Shown here: positions 10,206-20,908 of the stretch, piece by piece
Layout of the letters: each line of letters starts with the position of its first letter
Position numbering within the stretch: position 1 is the first letter of the stretch
Source of the DNA: Dehalococcoidia bacterium
Lineage (GTDB): Bacteria > Chloroflexota > Dehalococcoidia > UBA2979
DNA length: 64,000 bases
Direction of reading: 5' to 3'
Assembly (NCBI GenBank): GCA_965219085.1
Contig: OZ244720.1
Span: 1,952,001 to 2,016,000, forward strand
Translations under genes and position numbers: made by a program
The notes under the pieces: model-generated
What the model saw: the letters and a program-made list of their open reading frames with translations, nothing else
Told to the model about the DNA's origin: nothing
Database searches by the model: none

Positions 10206-12664
10206 GTGGATGTCCATGCGACCCCGAGCCCGAGTTGCCCCACCCGCACCCTCGACGATGCACCCGCCGACAAGGACGATCTCGGATCGCACGAGCCCAT
10301 CGCCGCCGCCATTCACGAGTTGGTGATGGGCGAACCAGGTGGCCGCACGATCGGACTCGAGGGTCGCTGGGGCTCTGGGAAGTCCACGGTCGTCCGGCTG
10401 CTCGACGAGCGCATGCGTGGCCCCGACGCGCACGTTGTCGTCTTCGATGTTTGGGCGCACGAGGGCGATCCCTTGCGCCGCTCCTTTCTCGAGACGCTCA
10501 TCGACAGCCTGTGCGAGAAGCGGTGGATCGACTGCGAGGCGTGGCGCGCACGGCGCGAGAGCCTTGCCGTGCGGCGTCGCGTCGAGCACACGCGGCCAAG
10601 GATCACGAGGCCGGGCGTGGTCGCCAGCGCGGCGACGGCCCTCGTAGCGATCCTCGTGCCCACGGGTGTCGCGCTGCTCAGCGCCGGGCTGGCGGTGGGC
10701 GCATCCGGCATCTGGATCCCGGGTGCAGCGATCCTGTCGGTGCTCGTGCTCGCTGCGATTTTTCTCGCGGGACTGCTCCTGCTGCGCTGGCCGGACGCCA
10801 CCGGCGAATCCTGGCTCGTGCCGTTCTCGGTGCGGTCGGTTACCGAGTCCGACCGCGAGACGATCGAGACGCCGAACCCAACGTCGGTCGAATTCGAGCA
10901 GGTGTTTCGGGAGTTCATGGGCGACGCGCTCGGCGGCTGCCCCGAGAGGCGGCTCGCCCTCGTCGTCGACAACCTCGACCGCGTGGCGCCGGAGGATGCG
11001 CGCTCGGTCTGGGCGACGCTGCAGACGTTCCTGCACCACCCGCACGACCCGCGCGCGAGCTGGCTGCGCTCGCTCTGGGTCGTGCTGCCGTTTGATCGCG
11101 TCGGCATCAACCGCCTCTGGGACGGCTCGGGTGAGGCCGCAGACTCCTTCCTCGACAAGAGCATCCAGGTGCATTTCGAGGTGCCGTTGCCGCTGCTCAC
11201 CGACTGGCGCGAGTACCTCGCGTCGCTCCTGCACGACGCGCTCCCGGAGCACACCGCGCACGGCTACACGGTCTACCGCCTCTTCCAGTCCCGGCCGTCG
11301 CTCGGGAGAGGGCACCAAGTCCTCGCGAGTTGAAACTTTACGTCAACCGCATCGGCGCGCTACACCGGCGCTGGCAGCATGAGCTGTCGTTCGGGAGCCT
11401 CGCGTACTACGCAAGCCTCGGCAAGGTAGCTGATGACGTGGCTCAGGACTTGCGTAGGGATGGGTTCCCCACGCCTGACGTGACTCCGCTGCTCGACGCC
11501 CGCATCGAGGGGCATCTCGCCGCCCTCGCCTTCAACACTGCTCCAGAACGTGCGCTGCAGCTGCTGCACGGGCCCCGGATCGATAATGCTCTGATGCGTG
11601 AAGAGGCGGACGGGCTTCTCGATCTCGCCAGTCGGCCGGGATTCTGGGAGGCGCTCATGGGGTCGGCGTTCGCACGGGTGCCCTCGTCGGCGCCGCCCTC
11701 GCTGCTGCTCGCCGCCAGCCGCCTCGCGGAGATCCCGGAAAAGATCCGTCCCGCTGCCGAGTGGGGCGAGGTCACGGAGTTACTCGCCCGGGCCGGGCGC
11801 GAGGCAGACGGGTGGCCCACGCTGACTCCCGTGTCGGCCTCGCGCCTCTCGGACCTCCTCTCCCTCGTCGGCCAGCCCGCTGCGGAGGAGATCGCGGCGA
11901 GGGCCACAGCTGCGCCGCTCGCGGCGGGCAACGGTGCGGAATGGGCCGCGGGAGCGCACGCGCTCTTGAGCCGGTTCGAGTGGCTGACCGTGCGGGCATC
12001 TGGCGACCCGGAGGCGATCTGCGATGCCCTCGCCGCCTTCTCTCGGATCGCGGGCTGGGATCAATTCGTCGCGAGGCTCGCCGTAGAGCCGGACGACCGC
12101 GCCGCGCTCGACGCGACGCTCGTCGGACGGGTCGCTCAGGCGCCGGGGGAGGCCTTGCCCGCTCTCGATGTGCTCCGTCGTGCGGATACTAGCATCAAGT
12201 TGAAACCGTTTGCGCTGGTTGCTGCGAACTGGCTGCGTGACTCGCGGGGGAGGCCGCCCGAAACAAGCACGGGCGAGGCCAGGGGCCTGCTTGGAATCCT
12301 GCGCGCGGCTGTCGGTGGCTCACCGGAGGAGCGCAGGGACCTGGTCGGCAGGGGAGTGGCGTTCGAGTGCGCCAGCATCGCGAGTGCTCAGGGAGACGCC
12401 GCGGGCGCTCGGGGACTGGCTCTACGAGGTGCTGCGGTGGTCGACGCCAGAGGAGCGTGCGGCGTTCGCCCAGACGAATGAAGCGCGGCATGGGATGGAG
12501 CTACTCGCTGGCATGCTGGCGTAGCCATCGAGCGAGCTCGTCGGCCCGCTCGTGCAAGCGATCAGGCGCCTTCCCAACTTCGACTTCATCTCCGTGATCC
12601 GCGAACAGACCGGGGGCAAGCGCCTGGCGGCCGCCCTCACCGACGAACTCGAGATGACCTCCTA
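10206..12664 (+). pseudogene. KAP-family P-loop NTPase with two TM helices, broken into several ORFs
   Basis: IGLEGRWGSGKS Walker A, FDVWAHEGD, TM pair, LVVDNLDR Walker B, FLDK; frameshifts near 11320 and 12400, in-frame TAG at 12522. Confidence 0.8.
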
Positions 12665-13177
12665 GAGCAGGTTGCTGTCAGCTTTGCGAAGGGTAGCGAT
12701 CAACTCCTCGAGGCGGTCGAATCGCTGATCCATCGTCGCGAACACCCCTGCGATCGCGGCTGCTTGAGCGGATGCCGCGTCACCATATGCCTTGATGAAC
12801 TCATCCCTGTCGAAGGTGGCCGCCGCAGCAATCGTCGGATTCCGCTCGCGCGTCGTGCCGCACAGATCGAGCACGTGAGCGACCCCGTACCAGTCATGTA
12901 CCTCGTAGGCCTCGAAGCGGTCAGCCATACGCCAGTACGACGTGAACCGCTTCAGGGCCTCGAACAACTCGGGCCGAGCCAGTGGCCCCTCGGGCTTGAT
13001 GTGCAAGGGGTAGTCGGCGTACTTCGTCGAGTCTGGCGCATACAGCACGGCGGTGTTCTGCCGCAGGCGCTGAGGGTAGAGGTACGCGTAGCTGTTGTCC
13101 TTCGGATCGCTGCCGTAGCATCCGGGCGTGCCTCGCAGAGCCGCGTACACTGTCTGATGTGTCCACCGCTCGCTCAC
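12662..13177 (-). CDS. Hypothetical protein
   Basis: 171-codon ORF from GTG with protein-like composition and a coiled C-terminus; family not recognised. Confidence 0.55.
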   Translation of the reverse strand: MSERWTHQTVYAALRGTPGCYGSDPKDNSYAYLYPQRLRQNTAVLYAPDSTKYADYPLHIKPEGPLARPELFEALKRFTSYWRMADRFEAYEVHDWYGVAHVLDLCGTTRERNPTIAAAATFDRDEFIKAYGDAASAQAAAIAGVFATMDQRFDRLEELIATLRKADSNLL

Positions 13178-13428
13178 GATGCGTCCCCTGGAGATACGAG
13201 CCGTCCTTCCGTCGCGGGGCACACGCAGGCCACAGAGCCTCGTCTACGTCGGTGGATGACCGACCCCCTTTGCCTCGCGATCATGGCTTCGTTCGCAGCC
13301 TCGCTTGCCGAACATCGTACCAGCAGGAACAGGCACCGCTCCATGAACCGGCTCGTCGCTGGTGCGCAACTTGGGCGGCCCCTGGCGCTTCCCGAGGGGG
13401 TCCCCGGCGTCGCATGGCGGGTCCCCGT

Positions 13429-15858
13429 TCACTCCACGCTCAGGCTTCTCGCCTCTTCCGCATACAGTTCGGCTCCGTGCTCACCAAACAGCACGGCCGC
13501 GCGATGAGCTATCGCTCTGGCGGCACGGCCCTTTCGTTCTGCATGCGCCAGGCGAGCCAGACCGAGCAGGCAGCGCCCCTCCTCGACCGGGAGACCCTCG
13601 CGGCCGGCCCAGTCGCGGCCCGCGACGTAGTGGCGCTCCGCCTCAGCCGGCATGCCGAGCCGCTCGGCGAGTGCGCCGCGGATGACGTCCGAGCCTCGTC
13701 CGCCGAAGCGCGCCCAGGGTCTGGCCTCCAGCTCCTCATACAGTTCCCGGCAGGCCACCTCGGTACCGAGCGATGCCACGGCGGTGTCGATCTCGGAGAG
13801 CGTTGAGGATCCGAAGTCGCCGCCGCGACGGAGCCCGGGCTGTGCATCGAACGCGCGATACCACTCGATGATCTCCTGCCTCGCCTCGTGGAGGCGGCCC
13901 GCGTTGCAAAGGACGCGAGCACGTGCCCCGTGGATGTAGGCGAGGTAGGCGGGGATGGTTCCGGCCGACTCGGGATCAGGCATCAGCCTCACGGCGCGAT
14001 CGAACTCCGCACGGAGCTCGGCGCGCGTCATCTCGTGCGGGTGACTCACCACGTCCGGTCTGGATCCGAGCTCGTCGATGATAGCGTCGAGACGCTCCCA
14101 ATCGCAGCGGGCGAAGACGATGTTCCCCACGCGAGATAGCAGCCTTGGGGTGTAGAACGCGAGCCGGTGCGTTCGTGCGAACTCGTAGCCGGTGAGAAAG
14201 GTCCGCTCTGCGAGGGAGATCTCCCCGCCCCACATCTCCACGGACCCTGCTTCCAGCAGCATGCGTGACGCGGTTACGATCCGACCGACGGCCGCAAGCG
14301 CGGTGTGCGCGCGCCTCCTGCGTGCGCCGATCTCGACCACCTCGCCGGCCTGGTAGAGATCCCAGCTCATGTGTGTGGCAGCCAGGAGTGCAAGCACGTT
14401 GTCGACGCCGTGTTCGTCCGCGAGCCACAGCGCCTCCGCGGCTCGCGTCCTGCCACGTTCCCCGTGTTCCCACTCCGAGAACCAGGCGAGGAGGCGCGCG
14501 CGGAGCACGGGATCGCCGTCGCCGAGTGCGGTCAGGGCCTGCTCGGCCACCGCGCTGGTTCGCTGGTAGGGGGCGTTCATCTCTGTGAGCTCGAGGGCGC
14601 CGCGAGCCATCTGGACGCCGGAGCCTCGCTCGGCACCGAGGTCGAAAGCGCGACGGAGCTCGCGCCAGGCGGGGCGCCAGTCGGCGGCGTTGCGCAGGCA
14701 GACACCCCGAGCGAGCCGGAGCTCGAACTCATCGAGGATCTGCGGCCGGGACTCCGCCTCCCAGGCGATCAGGCATGCGCCGTAGTGCGAGGCCGGCTCT
14801 TTCCACAGCGAGCGGGCCTCGGCGCGACGAGCCAGCCTGAGCTCGGTTTCGACGCGCTCCGCATTGCCCTGCCCCGAGATCGTTCCCGCGCGCGGCGGCC
14901 GCGGCTCGGTCGACCGACTCTCGCCGCGCTGGCCCAGATCGAGATCGAGTACGAGTCGCGTGAAGGCGTGGGCGCGAGGCTCGGAGGCGCGACTCGGGGG
15001 GCGTGCAGCGATCAGTGGAAGCTCCGCCACCTGGACGCCGCGCGCGTACTCCATCTTCCGCCCTCCGTCGCTCTCGGCGACGGCGGGCGGCAGCACACTC
15101 CAGCCAAAGCCAAGCGATACGAGTTGCCGCAGCACCTCCGGGTTGTTGCTTTCGATCGAGACGCGCGGGCTGATGCCGAGTCGGGCGAGACCCTCGTCGA
15201 TGATCCGCCTCGTCCGCGACCCGGCCGGGTAGAGGATCCATTCTGCCTCGTCGAGCTCCTGCCACGGGCCTGGAGGCGCGTAGATGTGCAGGGGGTCGCG
15301 GCGTATCTCGGTCGGCGCTAGCTCCTCCTCCACCGGTCCGATCACGAAGGCGAGATCGAGCTCGAAGGCGCGGAGCCGGCGCAGCAGCACCGAGCTGCTC
15401 TCGACCGCCAGCGTCAGTTGCACGCCGGGGTGAGCGCGCCGGTAGGCGCGTACGGCCTCGGGTAGCACGTGGAGGGCCGCGGCGTCGACGGCGCCCACGA
15501 CCAGGCGGCCGCGCGTGCCGCTGAGTCCGCCGCGCAGGCGCTCGTCGAGGTCGGCGGCTTCGGCGAGCACACGCTCGGCAAAACGCAGCACCTCGCGCCC
15601 GTCCTGGCTGAGCGCGCGCCCGCGGCCCGCACCGTCGAAGAGGGTCACGCCGAGCCGGCGCTCGAGCTGACGGAGGGAGTGCGAGAGCGCGGACTGGGTC
15701 ATCTCGAGCTGCTCTGCTGCGCGTGTGAGGCTGCCGTGCCGGTCCACCTCCCGGAGGTAGAGCAGCTGTTGCAGGTCGAGGGAGGACGGGCGTGGCCGCG
15801 ACGACTCCTCTGGGTGCGTCACCGGGTCTCGTGTATGAGCGTCTCTCATGGCCAGCAT
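13429..15858 (-). CDS. LysR-family regulator fused to a ~480-aa TPR-like helical region
   Basis: LDLQQLLYLREVDRHGSLTRAAEQLEMTQSALSHSLRQLE HTH + substrate-binding domain, continuing in frame into helical repeats. Confidence 0.75.
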   Translation of the reverse strand: MLAMRDAHTRDPVTHPEESSRPRPSSLDLQQLLYLREVDRHGSLTRAAEQLEMTQSALSHSLRQLERRLGVTLFDGAGRGRALSQDGREVLRFAERVLAEAADLDERLRGGLSGTRGRLVVGAVDAAALHVLPEAVRAYRRAHPGVQLTLAVESSSVLLRRLRAFELDLAFVIGPVEEELAPTEIRRDPLHIYAPPGPWQELDEAEWILYPAGSRTRRIIDEGLARLGISPRVSIESNNPEVLRQLVSLGFGWSVLPPAVAESDGGRKMEYARGVQVAELPLIAARPPSRASEPRAHAFTRLVLDLDLGQRGESRSTEPRPPRAGTISGQGNAERVETELRLARRAEARSLWKEPASHYGACLIAWEAESRPQILDEFELRLARGVCLRNAADWRPAWRELRRAFDLGAERGSGVQMARGALELTEMNAPYQRTSAVAEQALTALGDGDPVLRARLLAWFSEWEHGERGRTRAAEALWLADEHGVDNVLALLAATHMSWDLYQAGEVVEIGARRRRAHTALAAVGRIVTASRMLLEAGSVEMWGGEISLAERTFLTGYEFARTHRLAFYTPRLLSRVGNIVFARCDWERLDAIIDELGSRPDVVSHPHEMTRAELRAEFDRAVRLMPDPESAGTIPAYLAYIHGARARVLCNAGRLHEARQEIIEWYRAFDAQPGLRRGGDFGSSTLSEIDTAVASLGTEVACRELYEELEARPWARFGGRGSDVIRGALAERLGMPAEAERHYVAGRDWAGREGLPVEEGRCLLGLARLAHAERKGRAARAIAHRAAVLFGEHGAELYAEEARSLSVE

Positions 15859-15928
15859 GAGGATTATTAGATTGTGTATCGCTCCAACGTCACTCTAGGG
15901 TGATTGCCAGGCCGGTGACCAGCGTTGG

Positions 15929-16753
15929 GTGGATATCGTGTCCGTGTTGGCCCGAGGAGTGGCGCCACCGACCAGGCACGCTCGCGTCTTCCTGATCGCA
16001 CTGGTCTCACAGTCGCTCGTGATGCAGAGTCGCTCGGCGTTCGTCTCCACGTTCTTCAACCGCGTCCCGCGCTTCGCGGTGCTCGCGTGGATTGCCGCGC
16101 AGAGTGACGACTCGACCGTCGTGGCAACCGTCTCGGTCGGCATCGTGCTGCTCGTGATCTGGACTGCGGCGGTCTTCCGTGTCGGTTTCGCGCTGCGCAC
16201 CGAAGCCGTGCTCGGCACGCTCGACCTGAACATGCTGTCGCGCTCGCCGCTGGCCCTGATCACCCTCGGGAAGGCCGCGGCCGTCACGCTCTCGTTCGTT
16301 CCGAACGCCGTCGTCGCGTTGCTCGTCGTGCTGGCTGTGACCGGGGAACCGGTCGCCGTCGCGATGCTCCCCGCGTTCGTCGTGGCGATGACGCTCGCGC
16401 TCGCGGCGCTGCTCTCCGTCGCGTTCATCTTCGTGCCGACGACGTTCATGGTCGGGAGCCGTGCGGGCTCGTTCAATGCGATCACGCCGTTCGGCGCGGT
16501 GCTGTCGGGGTTTGTCTATCCGCTCGACGTGCTGCCCGGCTGGCTCGAGCTCGCAGCGCGTGCGCTCCCGACTTCCTGGGCGATGGAGACGGTGCGCTGG
16601 GCGATCTTCGGCGGCCACTCCGCTGCCGACTTCGCAACTCACTGGGCGGTTGCCGCGGCGCTGACGGCGCTCTACGTCGCAGCAGCGGTGTGGCTCTTTG
16701 GTGTCGCCGAGACCCGGATCCGCCGCACGGGCAGCGTCGAGGGGGGTTTCTAG
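15929..16753 (+). CDS. ABC-2 type exporter permease
   Basis: Multi-TM; LSGFVYPLDVLPGWL..LPTSWA motif. Confidence 0.85.
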   Translation: MDIVSVLARGVAPPTRHARVFLIALVSQSLVMQSRSAFVSTFFNRVPRFAVLAWIAAQSDDSTVVATVSVGIVLLVIWTAAVFRVGFALRTEAVLGTLDLNMLSRSPLALITLGKAAAVTLSFVPNAVVALLVVLAVTGEPVAVAMLPAFVVAMTLALAALLSVAFIFVPTTFMVGSRAGSFNAITPFGAVLSGFVYPLDVLPGWLELAARALPTSWAMETVRWAIFGGHSAADFATHWAVAAALTALYVAAAVWLFGVAETRIRRTGSVEGGF

Positions 16754-16755
16754 AG

Positions 16756-17536
16756 ATGCGCTCCCTCGCCCTGCAATCGCGCTTTGCCTATGTGGCGCTT
16801 CTACTGGCTCCACCCGTGGGGCTACGTCTCGAACGTCTTTATCGCGCCGCTCTTCCAACTCCTCGTCTTCGCGCTCGTCGCTACGTATGCGACCGGCGAG
16901 GCATCGGCGCAGCGATTCATGGTCGGGATGGTTGCGTACGCCGTGGCCGTGATCGTGCCCTCGGGCATCGTCCAATCGTTTGCCTACGACCGAGAGCTCG
17001 GCACGCTCTCCTTCCTCTTCGCCACCCGTGTCTCGCGACTGGGCGCCCTCGTCAGTCGTGGCACGCTGCACTTCCCGAACGGGGTCATCAGCGGCCTGGC
17101 GACGATTGCGCTGGCGGCGCTGTTCGTCGACCTCGATGTCTCGCGGCTCGAGTGGGGAGCGGCCATCGTTGCGCTGGTGGTGATGTCGCTCGCGTGCACG
17201 ACCTTGTCCCTGCTGGTGGGGTGCTGGGCGGCCATGATGCAAGACTGGTTCATCCCCAACGCCACGGCGCAGGCGCTGCTGGTGGCGTTCACGGGCATCC
17301 TCGTGCCGACAGGCGATCTGCCGCCCATCGCATCGGAGGTCGGGACCCTGCTGCCGCTCACCCACGGGGTCGAGGCGCTGCGGCAGGCGTTCGCCGGCGC
17401 CTCCGTCGCGGACGGCGCGGGCCAACTCGCGCGCGAAGGTCTCGTCGCGCTGGGCTACGGCATTGCCGGCTACGTTGCGTTTCGCCTCATGGAGCGGCAC
17501 GCGCGACGCTCCGGCGCCTTCGAACTGGGAATCTAA
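16756..17536 (+). CDS. ABC-2 type exporter permease (frameshift near 5' end)
   Basis: DRELGTL, FTGILVPTGDLP..LPLTHG; the ATG 16756 frame shifts into the main ORF. Confidence 0.8.
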
Positions 17537-17537
17537 C

Positions 17538-18524
17538 GTGAGCAGCACCGCGATGCCCGAGACCGCGATCGAATGCTGGGACCTCGGGCGCCGTTACGAG
17601 TCGCGCGGGCTGCTCGGGCGGCGCAGCGAGACGGTCGCGCTCGACGGGCTCACGCTCGAGATCCCGCGCGGCGTGGTCTTCCGGCTCCTCGGACCCAACG
17701 GCGCCGGCAAGACAACCACGGTGCGTATCCTCTCGACGCTGCTGCTGCCCAGTTCGGGCTCCGCGCGCGTCCTGGGCCACGACGTGGAGCGCGAGGCGGG
17801 CGAGGTGCGGAAGCACATCGGGCTCGCCCTCGGTGGGGAGCGCGGCCTCTACGGCCGTCTCTCCGGCCGCGACAACCTGCGCTACTTCGGTGCGCTCCAG
17901 CACCTGGCCCGTCGTGACGCCGGGCGTCGCATCGAAGAAGTGTTGGCACTGGTGGGGCTGACGGAGGCGGGCGGCACGCTCGTCGAACGCTACTCGCGCG
18001 GGATGCGACAGCGGCTGCAGATCGGCCGCGCACTGCTTGCCGAGCCCGAGGTGATCTTCCTCGACGAGCCGACGATCGGGCTGGACCCGCAGGGCGCGCA
18101 CGAATTCCGCACACTCGTACTGGAGCTCGCCGCGGCGGGGGCGACCGTGCTGCTCACCTCGCACTACATGCTGGAGGTCGACCAGCTCTGCGACACGATC
18201 TGCGTGATCAGCGACGGTCGCGAGGTGGCGCGCGGCAGCCCCGCGGCGATCAAGCGCCGCTTCGGCCGCTCGTCGGTGATCGACGTGCTCCTCGGTGAGC
18301 TGCGGGACGGGCTGGCCGAGGAGCTGGAGCGGCTTCCGGCCGTGCAGCGCGCCGAGGTCACGAGTGATGGCGGCACCCACCGCGCGACGGTCCACCACGC
18401 CCCGGAGACGAACGTCGGCGCCGAGGTGACGCGCATCATCGGCTCAGCGCACGTGCTGCACATGACCACGCGCGAGCCCACGCTCGAGGAGGCGTACCTC
18501 GAACTCATCAGCCGCGAGAGTTGA
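17538..18524 (+). CDS. ABC exporter ATP-binding subunit (DrrA-like)
   Basis: GPNGAGKTT, YSRGMRQR, FLDEPTIGLD. Confidence 0.95.
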   Translation: MSSTAMPETAIECWDLGRRYESRGLLGRRSETVALDGLTLEIPRGVVFRLLGPNGAGKTTTVRILSTLLLPSSGSARVLGHDVEREAGEVRKHIGLALGGERGLYGRLSGRDNLRYFGALQHLARRDAGRRIEEVLALVGLTEAGGTLVERYSRGMRQRLQIGRALLAEPEVIFLDEPTIGLDPQGAHEFRTLVLELAAAGATVLLTSHYMLEVDQLCDTICVISDGREVARGSPAAIKRRFGRSSVIDVLLGELRDGLAEELERLPAVQRAEVTSDGGTHRATVHHAPETNVGAEVTRIIGSAHVLHMTTREPTLEEAYLELISRES

Positions 18525-19495
18525 GCAGGGTGGCGCTGTCCCGGGACTCCGCTCCGGACAGGCTCGCTCAGCACGATGACCGTCGTCGCGCTCCCGGTGC
18601 TCGCGCCCACTCGCGGTCGGTCGCCGCCAGGCGGCCGCGTGCCGAGCCGCCGAACCACGTCTCGGCGCTAGATTCCCAGTTCGACTAGACTGTAGACAGG
18701 CGGGTCCTGAAGCTGGTCAACATCGTTGACGAGCACACGCGCGAGGCGCTGGCGATGGTGGCCGTGCAGGCGCATCGGCGCCGACGCCACCGCCTCAACG
18801 CTCGAGCGGATCGTGGCCTGGCGCGGGACGGCGCCTAGCAGGGTGCTGAAAAAGGCGCGGCCATCTGGCAGGATGGGGCTGGCGGCGGGGGCATAGCCTG
18901 GGAGGCAGCCCCGTGCGAGGTGACGCCGAGCGCCAGACCAACATGTTGCTGGCGGTGACGCCGGACTCGTTTGTCCCGGCCGAGCACCCGATCCGCCGCA
19001 TCAAGCCGATCGTCGACGCAGCGCTGGCCCGGCTCTCGCCGCTGTTCGACACGATGTACGCCAGGGGCGGCCGGCCCTCGATCCCGCCCGAGCACCTGCT
19101 CAAGGCGAGCCTGCTGATCGCGCTCTACTCGATCCGCAGCGAGCGCCAGTTCTGCGAGCGGCTGCGCTACGACCTGCTGTTCAAGTGGTTCTTGGACCTC
19201 AACATCTCAGACGAACCGTTCGATGCCTCGAGCTTCTCGAAGAACCGCGAGCGCCTGCTCGCAGCGGACGCCGCGCATGCCTTCTTCGCCGAGGTGGTGG
19301 CCGAGGCAAAGCGCCGCCGGCTGCTCTCCGCCGAGCACTGCACGGTGGACGGGACGCTGCTCGAGGCCTGGGCCTCACTCAAGAGATGGCATGAGGGCCG
19401 GTCTCTTCCTCAAGGGGGATACTCGCCCCCGAAACAGCGGCCTCGATGGGCCAGAACGGCTCTTTGCGGAGCTTTGACGAGGTAGGAGACCGGCC

Positions 19496-20584
19496 GTGCA
19501 GCAGGATACCGCAACGACGTGGAGCATTGAGGGCAAGGAAGGGTCAGGGGTCACCATCGGCCTCGACGTGGGCGACCGCTACACCCACGTCCACGCCCTC
19601 GGCGCCGGCGGGGAGGTGGTACGTGAGAGGCGCGTCCGCACCACGACGGCAGCGCTGGGCATGGTGCTGACCGGCCTCCCCCCATCGCGGGTCGTGATCG
19701 AGGCGGGGCCGCGCTCGCCGTGGCTGAGCCGCCTCATGGCGGACCTCGGCCACGAGGTGGTCGTCGCCAACCCGCGCCAGGTCGCGCTGATCGCCCGCAG
19801 CCAGCGCAAGACCGACCGGCTCGACGCCGAGTGGCTGGCGCGGCTGGGGCGCTTCGACCCCCAGTTGCTCGCCCCGATCCGCCACCGCAGCGAGGCGAGC
19901 CAGCACGACCTCGCCGTGGTGCGCGCCCGCGACGCGCTGGTGCGCTCGCGGACGCTGCTCATCAACCACGTGCGCGGGGCCGTCAAGGCCTGCGGAGCCG
20001 CGTTGCCGTCGTGCACGGCCGAGGCGTTCCACCGCAAGACGGCGGACCACATCCCCGACGGGCTGCGCCCGGCGCTGCTGCCGCTGGTGGAGGCGATCGG
20101 CGAGCTGACCGCGCGCATCGCGGCGGCCGGCCGCGAGATCGAGGCGTTGTGCGAGGCTCACTCCGAGACCGCGGCGCTGCGCCAGGTCACGGGCGTCGGG
20201 CCGATCACCGCGCTCACGTTCGTGCTGACGATCGAGGATCCTGGGCGCTTCCCGAAGAACCGCGAGGTCGGCGCCTACCTCGGGCTCGTGCCGAGGCAGC
20301 GCGACTCGGGCGAGCGCACGCCGCAACTCGGCATCGGCAAGAGCGGCGATCCGCACCTGCGGCGGCTGCTGGTGCAGGCCGCGCACTACATCCTCGGCCC
20401 CTTCGGGCCCGACACCGACCTCCGCCGCTGGGGTGAGCGCTACACCGCTACGGGGGCCGGTAACGCGAAGAAGCGCGCCGTCGTGGGCGTCGCGAGGCGG
20501 CTGGCGGTGCTGCTGCTCGCGCTGTGGAAGACCGGCGAGGTCTACGAGCCGTTGCGCGACGCCGCGGCGCAGGAGGCCGCGTAG
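19496..20584 (+). CDS. IS110-family DEDD recombinase/transposase
   Basis: IGLDVG, VVIEAG, KTDRLDA, GVGPITA, LGLVPRQRDSG. Confidence 0.95.
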   Translation: MQQDTATTWSIEGKEGSGVTIGLDVGDRYTHVHALGAGGEVVRERRVRTTTAALGMVLTGLPPSRVVIEAGPRSPWLSRLMADLGHEVVVANPRQVALIARSQRKTDRLDAEWLARLGRFDPQLLAPIRHRSEASQHDLAVVRARDALVRSRTLLINHVRGAVKACGAALPSCTAEAFHRKTADHIPDGLRPALLPLVEAIGELTARIAAAGREIEALCEAHSETAALRQVTGVGPITALTFVLTIEDPGRFPKNREVGAYLGLVPRQRDSGERTPQLGIGKSGDPHLRRLLVQAAHYILGPFGPDTDLRRWGERYTATGAGNAKKRAVVGVARRLAVLLLALWKTGEVYEPLRDAAAQEAA

Positions 20585-20908
20585 CAAGGCGCGGCGCCGA
20601 AGCAACCGACCAGGAGAGCGAGACTGAGACGGACCTGGGAGGAGGCCCAGCAAACCAACCACTGCACGTGATGCCGGGCAACGGGCGACTGCGAGGCGGT
20701 AGCGGTCCAACAAGGACGTTCAAGAGTTGGCAGCGCCCCCTGGAAGCAGGATGTGCCTTCATGCACCGGGCCCGATACGTGGCCCATCAAAGAGTGCGGA
20801 TAGAAGCTCGGCACAGGCTCCGTCAGGGGACATCACGAGCGGATCGGCCCCGATGTCGAGGAGCGCCACGCCCCGAGGAGGAAGCCGCCACGTCGGCCTT
20901 GCAGAAAG
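20585..20908 (+). ncRNA. Predicted bridge/seek RNA of the IS1111-type element
   Basis: Short segments match both sides of the actual target site and both sides of the circle junction (see findings); transcript limits unknown. Confidence 0.7.
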
